From: Octopus sinensis
Lineage: Eukaryota
Length of the DNA stretch: 64,000 bases
Assembly: GCF_006345805.1 (NCBI RefSeq)
Contig: NC_043001.1
Span: 103,726,001-103,790,000, forward strand
Direction: 5' to 3'
In this document: piece by piece, positions 1 to 12,089 of the stretch
Position numbering within the stretch: position 1 is the stretch's first letter
Layout: each line of letters opens with the position of its first letter
The notes under the pieces: model-generated
Seen by the model: only the letters and a program-made list of their open reading frames with translations
Told to the model about the DNA's origin: nothing
The model's database searches: none
Made by a program: the position numbers and the translations under genes

Positions 1-328
1 TTGTATTTTTAGAAACGTCTGCCCAAAATAGAAATATCAGTCCTGGCAATACCTGATAATCTCTCAGTGACAACTCAGGAGAAAAGTTTACATAACTCGA
101 AAGGTAATCCACCACAACGCACATATACCGACAGCGCCATCTCAGAAAAGCATATCGCTAGTTGACAAAACATCGTTCACCAACAAGCTATAGACCCTTC
201 AAGTACTTCTACAACTGTCTTAGGTCATTTCAGTATATAAACTATAAACAACTGACTGAAAAGACGAGAGAAAGCAAAAAGTCCCCATCCTCGTCAACCC
301 AACACAGATAAGCGCGTGCGTATAAATC

Positions 329-1070
329 AAGGCGGCGAGCTGGCAGAAACGTTAGCACGCAGGGCGAAATGCTTAGCGGTATTTCGTCTGCCGTTACGTT
401 GTGAGTTCAACTTCTGCCGAGGTCGACTTTGCCTTTCATCCTTTCGGGGTCGATTAAATAAGTACCAGTTACGCACTGGGGTCGATGTAATCGACTTAAT
501 CCGTTTGTCTGTCCTTGTTTGTCCTCTCTGTGCTTAGCCCCTTGTGGGCAGTAGAGAAATAGGTATTTCGTCTGCCGTTACGTTGTGAGTTCAACTTCTG
601 CCGAGGTCGACTTTGCCTTTCATCCTTTCGGGGTCGATTAAATAAGTACCAGTTACGCACTGGGGTCGATGTAATCGACTTAATCCGTTTGTCTGTCCTT
701 GTTTGTCCTCTCTGTGCTTAGCCCCTTGTGGGCAGTAGAGAAATAGGTATTTCGTCTGCCGTTACGTCGTGAGTTCAAATTCCGCCGAGGTCGACTTTGC
801 CTTTCATCCTTTCGGGGTCGATTAAATAAGTACCGGATACGCACTGGGGTCGATGTAATCGACTTAATCCGTGTGTCTGTCCTTGTTTGTCCTCTCTGTG
901 TTAGCCCCTTGTGAGCAGTAAAGAATAGGTATTTCGTCTGTTTTTACGTTCTGAGTTCAAATTCTGCCGAGGTTTACTATGCCTTTCATCCTCTTGGGGT
1001 CGATAAATTAAGTAGCAGTTGCGTAGTGGGGTAGATCTAAAATTTGGGGCCTTGTGCCGAGATAGAAAAG
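329..1070 (+). mobile_element. tRNA-derived SINE family A, head plus four tandem body units
   Basis: Head ggcggcgagctggcagaaacgttagc. Body units start with GGTATTTCG at 378, 562, 746 and 928 (period 184/184/182). Units 1 and 2 look identical. The last unit ends in the short tail ...ggccttgtgccgagatagaaaag. Confidence 0.9.
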
Positions 1071-1289
1071 TATAAATTAACGTGCATACATAAGTACCAA
1101 AACGTATGCATACTTTTTTCCATGTATATGTGCGCATACATACTTACGCACATATACACATACATGCATACATGTACATACACATACATGCATACATGTA
1201 CATACACATACATGCATACATGTACATACACATACATATATTTTGCAGCGTTGACCAAAATGCCTTGTAATATTTATTCCAGTCCATTA

Positions 1290-1552
1290 GCGTTTTGATT
1301 TCGAATCTATCTGAAGTCAACTTTGTCTTTTTTTCGTTCCATGACTGACAAAAGCTTTAGTAGTATGCGGTGAACCATCGAAATTACTGGAACGATCAAC
1401 CAGTTCCGTTTACAAAACCCCAACGGAGCAGAGTTAGTCAATTAAATCGACTCCATTAATTGATGTTTACTTATTTCATCACGTCCACATGGATGAAAAG
1501 CACCGTTGATTTCAGCGCCATTTGAACCCAGAGCGTAATGACTCAGTTACAA
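1290..1552. mobile_element. Two degenerate family A SINE fragments in opposite orientation
   Basis: cgttttgatttcgaatc...gaagtcaactttgtcttt on +; gatgaaaagcaccgttgatttcagcgccatttgaacccagagcgt on -. Confidence 0.55.
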
Positions 1553-2759
1553 ATATAGCAAGCATCTGTGACAACGTTTAAACGCCTTTTTGTATCAATC
1601 ACTCTGGAATGCAAATAAGATAATAAAAAAAAATGGAAGCAATATAAAAACAATTACACCGTATAGAAATACGTCCATTTCTTTCAACAAAACATCCTAT
1701 GCGTTTCGCCATAAAAGATATTATTTTTCTTTCTTACACAACTTTCAATAATTATTATCTCTCATTGCCTCTCATTAATTCATTCCGTATTTTAGAATCT
1801 GAATGAAAGAGGAAACCAATTTTACGAAGTATGTAATGTTGTCAGCACAAAATTGATGTCGCTGACTGTGTGTCTTTCAATGCGAATTCGTATCACTAGA
1901 GGCATCTCTTCTCTTTGTCCCGCCCATAATTTCATGTTTACTTCGTATATATGTTGGATTTTTCTGCCTCCAATTTTTCTGCCTCTCACTTGATAACAAT
2001 GTCGAAAATTATAACACAGTTTTACGCATGCGTCGCTTGTTAATCTTCTTTGTATTTCGGATCAATTTACAGCAATGAGATCGAGAGAATAAACTCAATA
2101 TTAAACAATAGGCTGCACAATTCTTCACTGATATCATTATATAATTTTGGCGCTCCTAATCACATCACTAATCATTCATATTGAACACAGTTTCAATGCT
2201 AACAATTGTCTGTTTCTTTTTGCTGTTAATTTGTCAATTCAAACGCCAAGAGTTTCTTATCAGGAAGTCTGTGTTTTTTTCACGCCAAAAATCTGTCAGA
2301 AAAACTGTAACCTATCTTATTTATTGACACAAATTGGTATCAAATTTGATTTATTATCTGCTGCGTGGTTATGTAGCTGTGATCTGGTTTTGTTTCGTTC
2401 CACTTCTAGTTTCACTCATTTGATAGCGAAATTTCGGGGGTGTCATCTTTAGTGCCTATGACCCCTTGACTATGCAACATGAATTTTTTTAACACACGAA
2501 TAAATATCTCCGGTTTGGTTATATTCATACACACACCACACACAAACACATACAAACACATACGCACAAACACACTCTCACAAGCACATGCACACACACA
2601 CACACACATGCACACACACGCACACACACACACACACATAGAAATATACAAATGTCAATGTCCGTCCTTATGTCAAGTTATGTAATCAGTTTAACAAAAG
2701 AAAAGGATTATTCAATAACTTTTAGCTGAATAAAAACTTATAAAAATTTGACGAGGAAG

Positions 2760-3010
2760 AGGTCAACGGTCACTTCTAAGTTTCGGGTTGCTTGTCTTGG
2801 TAAGACTGTATACATTTATATGTGTACCGTTGGCGATTTTTTTTCCTCTGTCTTCCCTTCTCGGGATCTTTCCTTCTATGTTTCCGACAAAGAGCTCCGC
2901 TCGAAACGTTATACCCCCTTCTTTCCTTCTTTCCTGAGCGTCCAATAATACTATATTGGTTCACGTCCTCGCGTTGTTGTGTTTTTTGTGTTTCTTGTTT
3001 GATGAAACTA
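2760..3010 (+). mobile_element. Non-autonomous Penelope-like pseudo-LTR repeat (family HHR-C)
   Basis: Homologous to 26770-27000 and, reversed and partial, to 13545-13630. Contains gagctccgctcgaaacgt. Confidence 0.6.
2878..2914 (+). ncRNA. Degenerate minimal hammerhead ribozyme motif
   Basis: CCGACAA-A-GAGC(tcc)GCTC-GAAA-CG-T-T. Stem II and GAAACGT are intact; the CUGANGA box is mutated. Confidence 0.45.
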
Positions 3011-3959
3011 TATATATATATATATATATATAAGGTTGTGAAATGGTATAGTCGTTAGAATGTCGAATACTTCCTTCCGGCTCTCTGAGGTCAGTTTTTT
3101 GTCTTCTCGCTCTACCTCACTGACTCTCCTCCCCTATCTCCATCTCTTTTTGAATCGCATACGTTGCGCTGAAAGAAGATGGTGGGTGACTTCACACAGC
3201 ATCCCTTTCTTTAGAAATTGTCAGGTATGATGTAAGGAGTTTGCGACAACCGCTCATAGAGGAACTGTTAGTCATGGCCTCGGCCCATAATGGCCGAAAC
3301 CAGTCTAAGTCTTCCAAGTTATATGCGCATGCTAAAGTCTCTTACAAAAATCTGAGAAGCATGTCTTAAAAGATTCTTTGAAATCTCTTATAAGCGGAAG
3401 TATATTAAACATTAAACATTAAAAATTATTTCAGCTTAAAGCATATTCTTGCAGACGATGTAAGGCGAATATTTACTGCCAAGTGAACGCAAGAATTACA
3501 GCGCCTCAATAAAACTGTCTGTGGCTGTGCTAGAAATTATTATTTAGTAATCATTAAAGGGACAGGCCGAAATAAGAGAGCATAAAGGAGCGGCGGTGTA
3601 GTACATTGTTTACTAATACCATAAGAACGCCGATAAGAGAATGCGAACGCTCGATCCGGTAATTAGATGTCCTACCTGCACTGCGATTTACGACGGCACT
3701 TCCAGATAAACAGCACCAAGCTACTTAACATGAAACACTAACTGCAGCTAGTAAATTCCTGTTTAATGAGAACAGATAAGGATAACATGATAGCTTAAAA
3801 TATTTCAACTTGCTGTTGTAGATCAGTTCTGCAGTGCAGCGGGTTTCGAAGTATGTCGAGAATTCCGGTATTACAGTTGCTTTGCTGCCGGAAACGAAAT
3901 TACAGTTAACATCTATGTCGCTAAAGTCTGCCGTGTGTTGCTTGGATTTATTTGACAGA

Positions 3960-4570
3960 AAAGTGAATGAGTGAGCGAGGGAGTGAGGGTGTGAGTGAGG
4001 GAGAGAAACAGAGATGGATGGATGAAAGGGGGGGGGATTAAAATTAAACGTTATAAACGAAGAGTGCGTGAGTGAAGGAATGGATTGAGGAATAACAGAT
4101 GGAAAAAGAAAAAAAAAAACAGATTGACACAAGAGCGTGATTGAAGTGGTGTCAGATGAATTCACAAAAGGAAGGCAATTATTAGATGCAAAAGACACAA
4201 GCATGAAAGAAAGCGTTAAAAAAAATTTGAATGAATGAAAAAGAATTAATGTATGAAGAAATTAATAAAAAAGAATTGTTAATAAAACAATGGTTGACAG
4301 AAATAAAGAAGAAACAAAGATAAAACAAAGGAGAGAAAGACAAAGGAAAAACAAATTACGAAATGGGAAACAGGGAAAAAACTAGTATTAAGATGAATTT
4401 GGAAATCAACACCTACTAATTGGATGTAAAAAAAATACGGTGGGAAAAGAAATTAAGGAGAGGAAATCTGAAAGAAGGGGGTTAAGAAAAAATAAATGGT
4501 GGAATGAAGAAAAATAAATGGAAAGAGATGTAAAATATTCAGAGAGAAAGGTATTTAGAATGCAACAAAT
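3960..4570 (+). repeat. Long degenerate purine-rich (A/G) low-complexity tract
   Basis: Strongly A/G-biased plus strand over about 600 bp. Confidence 0.7.
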
Positions 4571-4659
4571 TCAGAAAATAGATTTAGTTTTGAAGTAGAA
4601 GGAAATGGAAGAAGCAAGATTGATTGTCAGTCATTTCAAAATATCGGAACTTATGTAGG

Positions 4660-4790
4660 TATGTATGCATATACACACACACACACACATACACACACAC
4701 ACACACACACACCATATATATATAGATATAGATATAGAACATATATATCATATATATATATGCATATATATGCATAGATATATATGTATG

Positions 4791-4838
<48 letters not shown>

Positions 4839-5014
4839 ATATATATATTACATACACATATAGAACATATATTTATATAATATATAATATATAAGATATA
4901 TATATATATATATATACATACATACATATATGTAGATTATAAATATTCATATACATACATATATTTTATTATTATTGTTGATTATATATTATTATTGTTA
5001 TTATTATTTTATTA

Positions 5015-5048
<34 letters not shown>

Positions 5049-5105
5049 TATTATTATATTCATTATTATATATATATATATATATATATTATAATATATA
5101 GATAT

Positions 5106-5145
<40 letters not shown>
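4660..5145. repeat. Compound microsatellite (CA)n/(TA)n/(ATT)n
   Basis: Directly visible. Confidence 0.95.
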
Positions 5146-5148
<3 letters not shown>

Positions 5149-5255
5149 GAAATTTATAGAAAAGCAAAGACAAATGCAGGTGTATGAACAACAAGAAAGT
5201 GTATTAAGTTGATGCTCGGGCTTACGCTTTTCGACAGAAAGGAATATGAAAAAAT

Positions 5256-5307
<52 letters not shown>

Positions 5308-5345
5308 AGAATGAAAAACTTGTAGATTTCAGCGGACCAGCATGC
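5146..5345 (-). mobile_element. Penelope-like pseudo-LTR repeat (family HHR-B), degenerate, with (GA)n
   Basis: Homologous to 12090-12255, 46560-46780 and 51245-51600. Minus strand reads cttt-CTGTCGA-aaagcgtaagccc; the GAAA side is lost. Confidence 0.6.
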
Positions 5346-5500
5346 GAATCATATATATATACGCACACACACACATATATTTATTTGTGTGTTTGTATTT
5401 GTGGATAGTTAAGAAGGGTCTATACAAATATAAAAATTATGCTTAAGAAAGTAAATAAAGTTGGAAAAGGCAGAAAAGCATATTTTAAAGAATGTTTTAA

Positions 5501-5584
5501 CCTTTTCGTTACTGTGAGTGATTTAAAATATAACCGGTTCGATGTAGCCATCTTAAAAATAATTGTTGGGGAAAAAAATAGGGG
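5501..5584. mobile_element. Internally deleted piggyBac-type MITE
   Basis: TTAA|ccttttcgttactgt ... gggg|TTAA. Left end matches the element at 19244. Confidence 0.55.
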
Positions 5585-5689
5585 TTAACAGTTCTTAGTG
5601 AAATTTTACTTTAGAGTCACCTCTTGTATATGTTTTGTCTATGTAGGTTGGTGGAGGAGGAGTTCGTGTGTCTCACCACCGCATGACAT

Positions 5690-5850
5690 GGGCTTACGGT
5701 CCTCATGGCTCAGCGGTTTAGCACAAAAAGACCAATATGATAAGTATCAGCCTTTTAAAAATTAACCCCTGTGATCGATTCTTTTGACTGAAATTCATGG
5801 CGATAGTATTCCAGCATGGCCACAGTCTAATGACTAAAACTAGTTGGAGA
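5690..5850 (+). mobile_element. SINE family C 3' tail, diverged
   Basis: tcagcggtttagcacaaaaagacc...ccagcatggccacagtctaatgactaaaac. Confidence 0.7.
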
Positions 5851-5997
5851 TGAGAGATGGAAGAGATATCTCGTAAGCACGCTCATACACAGGCCTAGTT
5901 GAGTGAAGTTACATATACACATACGTACACACACATACATACATACAAACACACACATACATACACACACATACACTCATACATACATACACATCCG

Positions 5998-6153
5998 GCA
6001 GGCTTCTTTCAGATTCTGCTTACCAAATCCACTCACAAGGCTTTGGTCGACCTGGAACTTTAGTAGAAGACACTTGCCCTAGGTGCCACACTGTGGGACT
6101 GAACCTGGAACCATGTATCTTGGGAAGCAAGCTTCTTACCACGCATCCACGCC
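5998..6153 (-). mobile_element. SINE family C 5' half (tRNA-like head)
   Basis: Reverse complement of the head shared with 32899 and 39084 (ggtaagaagcttgcttccc...ggttccaggttcagtcccac). Confidence 0.85.
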
Positions 6154-6859
6154 TAATATCGCTTGGTAAGAAATTCAAAAACATTCAACCAGTGAAGCTC
6201 GCATACACCAATGTATAATATACAGATAAACGTATGTAGAAAGACAAGCAACAAGAATCAAGATTACGAAAGAAAAATCTAACAACTAAAGACAAAATAA
6301 AACGACGAATTTAGGTTCGCTAGATCTCCAGGCCCAACTTTAGCTTAATCAATAACAAAAGGCTGATCGCAAAAACATTAATCTTCAACGGTTGCTATTT
6401 CTTGACGCTAATGAAGTAAAACATAGAACGACTTTTGAACCAGTGACTTGAAAATCTATACGGACGTCATTTATTGATTGGCTCCGTAAAAGTCAAGTCA
6501 TTTAAAGCGATATTATTGATTGGATGTGCTGTAAAGAATAACATACAGGCGTACCTCTATTCATAGGGGCATACACAGACGTGCTAGCATGCACGAACAC
6601 ACGACCGCGCGCACATATATACAGACATAGATATGTGTGTGTATGTGTGTGTGTGTGTGTGTGTGTGTCTGTGTGTGTATGTGTATGCCTGCGAGTGTAT
6701 GTGTGCCTGTGTGAGTATAACTTTGAGTAGTATGTATGCAGGTGTATGTACTTAAATATACATAGACACACACACACACAATCACCAACACACACACACA
6801 CGCACATATATACATACATACATGTATAAGTTTTGCATCTTATCTTTAATTGTTTCAGA

Positions 6860-7003
6860 CAATAAACTACGGCCATTCTGGAACATCACCATCATTTTTT
6901 TTTAGTCCAATGAAACCACCTTAGAACTTATTTTTTAAGCCTGGTACTTAGTCTATCAGTCTCGTTTGCCGAACCGCTAAGTTATGGGGACGTAAACACA
7001 CCA
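6860..7003 (-). mobile_element. SINE family C 3' half
   Basis: gccgaaccgctaagttatggggacgtaaacacacc. Confidence 0.8.
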
Positions 7004-7044
7004 GGTGGTCACAATGCGCTTTTAAATTCAGCCAGACCGTTGCT

Positions 7045-7160
7045 CACTTACAGCTGAGTGGACGGCAGTGATGCGAAATGAAGTATCCTGCTCAGGACCA
7101 CAACGCGTGACCCGGCCCGAGAATTGAACCCACGACCGCTAACCATTAGGTCACGCACCT
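7045..7160 (-). mobile_element. tRNA-headed SINE 5' part with CORE-like segment (head X)
   Basis: Minus strand: gaaggtgcgtgacctaatggttagcggtcgtgggttcaattctcggg...tgagcaggatacttcatttcgc. Confidence 0.7.
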
Positions 7161-7164
7161 TCAG

Positions 7165-7170
7165 TGTATG

Positions 7171-7227
<57 letters not shown>

Positions 7228-7305
7228 GAGTGTGTGTGTGTGCGTGTGTGTGTGTGTGTGCGTGGGTGTGCGCGTGTGCGTGTGTGTGTGTGCGTGTGTG
7301 TGTGT
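7165..7305. repeat. (TA)n/(TG)n microsatellite
   Basis: Directly visible. Confidence 0.95.
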
Positions 7306-7310
7306 CATAT

Positions 7311-7418
7311 CGTGGCACTCCGTCGGTTAGGACGACGCGGGTTCCAGTTGATCCGATCAACAGAACAGCCTACTCGTGAAATTAACGTGCAAGTGGCTGA
7401 GCACTCCACAGACACGTA
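7311..7418 (-). mobile_element. SINE family B 3' tail
   Basis: tggcactccgtcggttaggacgacg...gttgatccgatcaac...gtgaaattaacgtgcaagtggctgagcactccacagacacgt. Confidence 0.9.
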
Positions 7419-7906
7419 TATTCTGCCAGCACGCCGCCTTAGGACGGGGAGTGCCGAGAAGGAAGATAAGAATTTCTATGAAAGTGCGTGCATGTATGTG
7501 TGTGTATGTGTGTGTGTGCCTGTCACATAGATAATGTATGGATGAATGTATTACGAATGAACAGCTACTTTTACACATAATCGTTACCGCACTTCTTCGC
7601 TTATATAATAAGACATTCTAAAAATAATATTTTTCTTACTGCAATCACGAAATAAGTCAGAGGCTGTTGTTTCTGTTGTCGTTTAGTTCCAGATCACCTT
7701 TGACCAATCCCATCACTTTTCAGACATCTTATTTCGATTTATTTAACCCATCCCGAATTGCTCTATACTGGGAGCGGATAATCTATTGAACCAGAGTTCA
7801 AATCTTTGCTGCACGGCTTCATTGTATTTCTGGGAAGAATATTCTTTTCATCAGTACCATACAGTATTATAGCTGTGTGTATGTGTGTATGTATGTATGT
7901 ATGTAT

Positions 7907-7973
<67 letters not shown>

Positions 7974-8084
7974 ATGTGTTTGTGTGTATGTATGTATCAA
8001 TAGATATATAAAATATGAATATATGGATACACGTATGTATATATGTGTGTGGTGTGTGTGTGCATAAAGCGTAATGGGTAAAGA

Positions 8085-8375
8085 ATGCCTTCGTTCATGA
8101 ATGACCATGGGATTGCACCTAGAGGGACACCCCACGAGGCACAAGTCTGGGCAAGGTTGTATATGGAAGACCAGCAATCACTCAAGCATATCAGCCTCCC
8201 ATCTCCACGCCAAGGGAAACGCAAAGGCCCCTACAGCCTGGCACCAAGGACGACGCAACTCGTTTCTACAGCTGAGTGAACAGAAGCAACTTGAAAAATT
8301 AAGGATCTTCTTCAAGAACACAACACAGCCCGATCCGGGAATCGAACTCACACCCTCAGGATTGTGAGCTCCATG
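8085..8375 (-). mobile_element. Head X SINE with alternative tail
   Basis: Reverse homolog of 55194-55530 (cttgcccagacttgtgcctc...ggtgcaatcccatggtcattc). Confidence 0.8.
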
Positions 8376-8458
8376 CTTTATATATATATATATATATATT
8401 TACATACATGCATAGAGAGAGAGTGGGGAGAGATTCGTATGCACACATGCACTCACAC

Positions 8459-8494
<36 letters not shown>

Positions 8495-9109
8495 GAATGC
8501 GTTGACGAACGAAAGAAAGAGACACTCAACATATTTAGTAGGATAAGCAATTTGATTCGGTCCCGTGCAACTTAAAGTTACGGAACATAGATAATCGGGC
8601 TTAGACGGCCGCCTGTGCTTGACGAGCTAAGTTCGGAAACTTTAAGTTACCGTAACGAGGCTACGACACTTTTAAGTTGCTTGGAAATGGATAAAACTGT
8701 TCGTCGACTGACAAAGTACAAAATACTCACCTTCATTTATCCTTCTCAGAGCCACGACGAATTAACTAAAAAAACACCGGAGTTTGGTGAAAATGTAATT
8801 ATTTGAAACTGGTTCATCTATTCTAAGCAAGTAACATACACAGTAATACACAGGCAATACAAGCGAGGCGAATATTTAGAGTGTAATGCAACATTTTGAA
8901 ATGTTAGTCAAGGGGAAGTAGTTATAGGTTGTGCAAAACAACAATTGACAGATTGAAGTCTGGCCAATTTCTGAAACAGAAACAGCCAAAAACTTTTCAT
9001 TAAATATTAAGATAATCACTTTTCGGTAAATAATGAAGGTAGTTCATTGTGGCACTGAAGGGGATAAAGGAAGGCGATTGTATAAAATATGTTATTTGTT
9101 TGTCTTTGA

Positions 9110-9143
<34 letters not shown>

Positions 9144-9197
9144 CTCTCTCTCGCTATATATATATATATATATTATTATATATAATATATATATATA

Positions 9198-9400
9198 CTC
9201 TTACTCTATTACTCTTTTATGTGTTCAGTCATTGGACTGTGGCCATGCTGGAGCACCGCCTTTAGTCGAGGAAATCGACCCCAGGACTTATTCTTTGTAA
9301 GCCTAGTACTTATTATATGGTTTACTTTTACCGAACCGCTAAGTTACGGCGACGTAAACACACCAACATCGGTTGTCAAGCGAAGTTGGGGGGGGGGACA
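9198..9400 (-). mobile_element. SINE family C 3' half
   Basis: gactgtggccatgctggagcaccgcctttagtcgag...gaaccgctaagttacggcgacgtaaacacaccaacatcggttgtcaagcga. Confidence 0.9.
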
Positions 9401-9904
9401 TATGTCTTCCGGGGAAAATTTGGTTGTATCTATGGGAAGCAGGAAACTTTTTCCTAAAGTGTTTTCCCCTTTATAGACAATTGCTTATACATTTTCTAAA
9501 TCCAGACAATATTTATGACCATTCCCAACTATAAACTGTCAACTCACTCTGTCTATCCATTCTACACAGACACTGTTCTTCTAGCCTTAGATTTGGTAGT
9601 TGATAAAAAAAGACTAATAAATTAAAAATGAACCACAATCATTTACAAGCTGTGACCCTAAAAAACTCCATGCAGTTCTTAGAAGTATAATATATTCTGA
9701 GTCACATCATTAGCAACATGGACTTTCTCCCCCTTCTTGCTCTATTAGAGAATTTGAGTAAAATTATATTAATGTGTCCAACTGATTAAAAAAATTCTAC
9801 TTAATTATGCAGCTGAAGATAGCTTAGCATTTAAATTGATGTAATGATTACATACTTCAATTAAATGGAACCGCTTGAAACGATCGTACTGCACCACCTC
9901 TTGA

Positions 9905-9974
9905 TAACTTGTTGCTTATTTTGATATATATATAATAGATATATATATATATATATATATATATCATAATACAC

Positions 9975-10036
<62 letters not shown>

Positions 10037-10087
10037 GATAGAGATAGATAGATAGATGATAGATAGATAGATAGATAGATAGAAGAT

Positions 10088-10127
<40 letters not shown>

Positions 10128-10165
10128 TATAGATAATGATTGATAGATAGATAATGAATGATGTA
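9905..10165. repeat. (TA)n plus (TAGA)n microsatellite
   Basis: Directly visible. Confidence 0.95.
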
Positions 10166-10706
10166 TAAATTATCTGTAGCCATACCAACTGAAAATTGAG
10201 AAGACAATGGACAAATTAATATTAATAGGAGAATATCTGCAGTTCACAGTTTTCTGAGAGAAATGTTATTTTTACTGTATTTAGAAATAGTTGAGTCAGT
10301 CGCCCTAAGCTATACTTTATTTCTTCTGCTGAACATATATTACGACGTTTATGAAAGAGTGTAAAACAGGATTTAAGAGGATAAGTAGAACTTCAAAACA
10401 CAAGAGAGTTCAAATTTTAATGTATACATGGTTCATAAAAACAATAGAGAGAGAGAAAACAAAAGGGAGAAACATGTCAAATGAAAGCACCTATAAAATA
10501 TAAGGAGAAAATAGTTCCCTGATGCTATCGGGTGAGATAAACAATGGAAGACATGGTGGAAAGAATACCATAAAAGATATCGAGAGATTATATTAAAACA
10601 TATCATACATATCTAAATAAAATATATAACACAATGAGTATACATACACGAGTATATATCTGTATATATATACATACATCACATACATAATACATAATAC
10701 AACATA

Positions 10707-10748
<42 letters not shown>

Positions 10749-10959
10749 TACATATGTATATACATATGTATACATATGTATATATACATATACATACATA
10801 TATATATATATATATGTATATATATAATATATACATTCATATACGATTAGTTAATATATAAATAAAATGTGCAACACAATAAATGTTTAAAGATGTTGTG
10901 TGGAAATCACGAGATTTGTTGTTGCAGCTGGTGTTTAGAGAGTTAAACACTAAGTACTC

Positions 10960-11130
10960 AATCAGTCTTAACCAAAATTCGTTAAGTGTTCTACTATGTT
11001 TAATCCCAGCCATCGGTTAACACCAGTTTGCAATAATCTGGGCACAATGAACATGACGGATCTTGTTTGCGGCTGTTGTATCAAAATATCATCCGCGAAG
11101 GCCACCGGCTAAAGATTGTCTGTCCAGCTA
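10960..11130 (-). pseudogene. Non-LTR reverse-transcriptase relic (catalytic-motif region)
   Basis: Manual minus-strand translation gives VAFADDILI, then after a frameshift CAQIIANWC, then RWLGLNI. This matches RT subdomains 5-6 (xAFADD ... WCxxWGLxIN). Confidence 0.5.
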
Positions 11131-11140
11131 CCCGCTAGAT

Positions 11141-11200
11141 CAGCGTTTCTCAACCGGGTTTCCGCAAAAGGTTCCTAGGGGTTCCGCGAGAAAGAGTGAG
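11141..11200 (+). mobile_element. hAT-like MITE terminus
   Basis: CAGCGTTTCTCAACCGGG..gggttccgcgag resembles CAGnGnTTCTCAA hAT/Charlie ends. Confidence 0.45.
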
Positions 11201-11330
11201 ATAAGCTAATGCTAATTTCATGATCATAATATTACTATAAATGTACAGCATATTATTGGTTATTGTAATACTGTAATATAGAAATCTTCCTATCTAACCT
11301 ATTATGTTATCAAAAAAATACAAGAACCAC

Positions 11331-11374
<44 letters not shown>

Positions 11375-12089
11375 CCAGTTCTTGTATTCATACATACACA
11401 CGACATTCTCCTACAGTCTCAATCTGGCGTCACAGCAAGTCTCTTCCAACAAATGCTTATATCAATGCAGTTAACTTCATTAACATCAACTACCAACAAC
11501 AGCAACAACAACAATTATCCCCACAACCAGAACCGCCACCACCACTCCTTCAGCAACCACCACCCCTACCATAATTTAAACAGTCATACGAACAGTAGCT
11601 ACAAAGCTAACATCAGTAGCTGACATCTGTAGAATGTAACGCATTCATTATCAATGTTCAATACGACTTTGTTGGTGGATGCCATTCTACAGAAATACGG
11701 TGCTATATCGACATCAAAACTATTTAAATCAATAAAAATACGAGGCTGGTGATTTTCTTTTTCATACCATTTTCAGAGACCAGTTTCAATCCGAAAATAT
11801 ATAAAAAATGCTTTGTTTCTCTCTCTTTTATTATTCATATTTAATAAGTTTAATAATATTAAATGCGTTAACATTTAGAAATATTTTCAATGTTTGCATG
11901 CCACAGCAGGAAAATAGCATTTTAACAATATACATAGTACATACATAAATATATATATATATATTATATATATATATATTATATATATAATATATATACA
12001 TATGTGTAATATATATGTGTGTGTGTTATGTGTGTGGTTATATATATACATGTGTGTGTGTATATATAAATATATATATACATAAAAAA

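Noticed and set aside
13-103. Possible plus-strand exon KRLPKIEISVLAIPDNLSVTTQEKSLHNSK at the window start
   Set aside because: Upstream context is cut off by the window edge and there is no recognisable homology.
326-1070. CRISPR-like reading of the tandem array
   Set aside because: Units are contiguous 184-bp SINE bodies without unique spacers, in a eukaryotic context.
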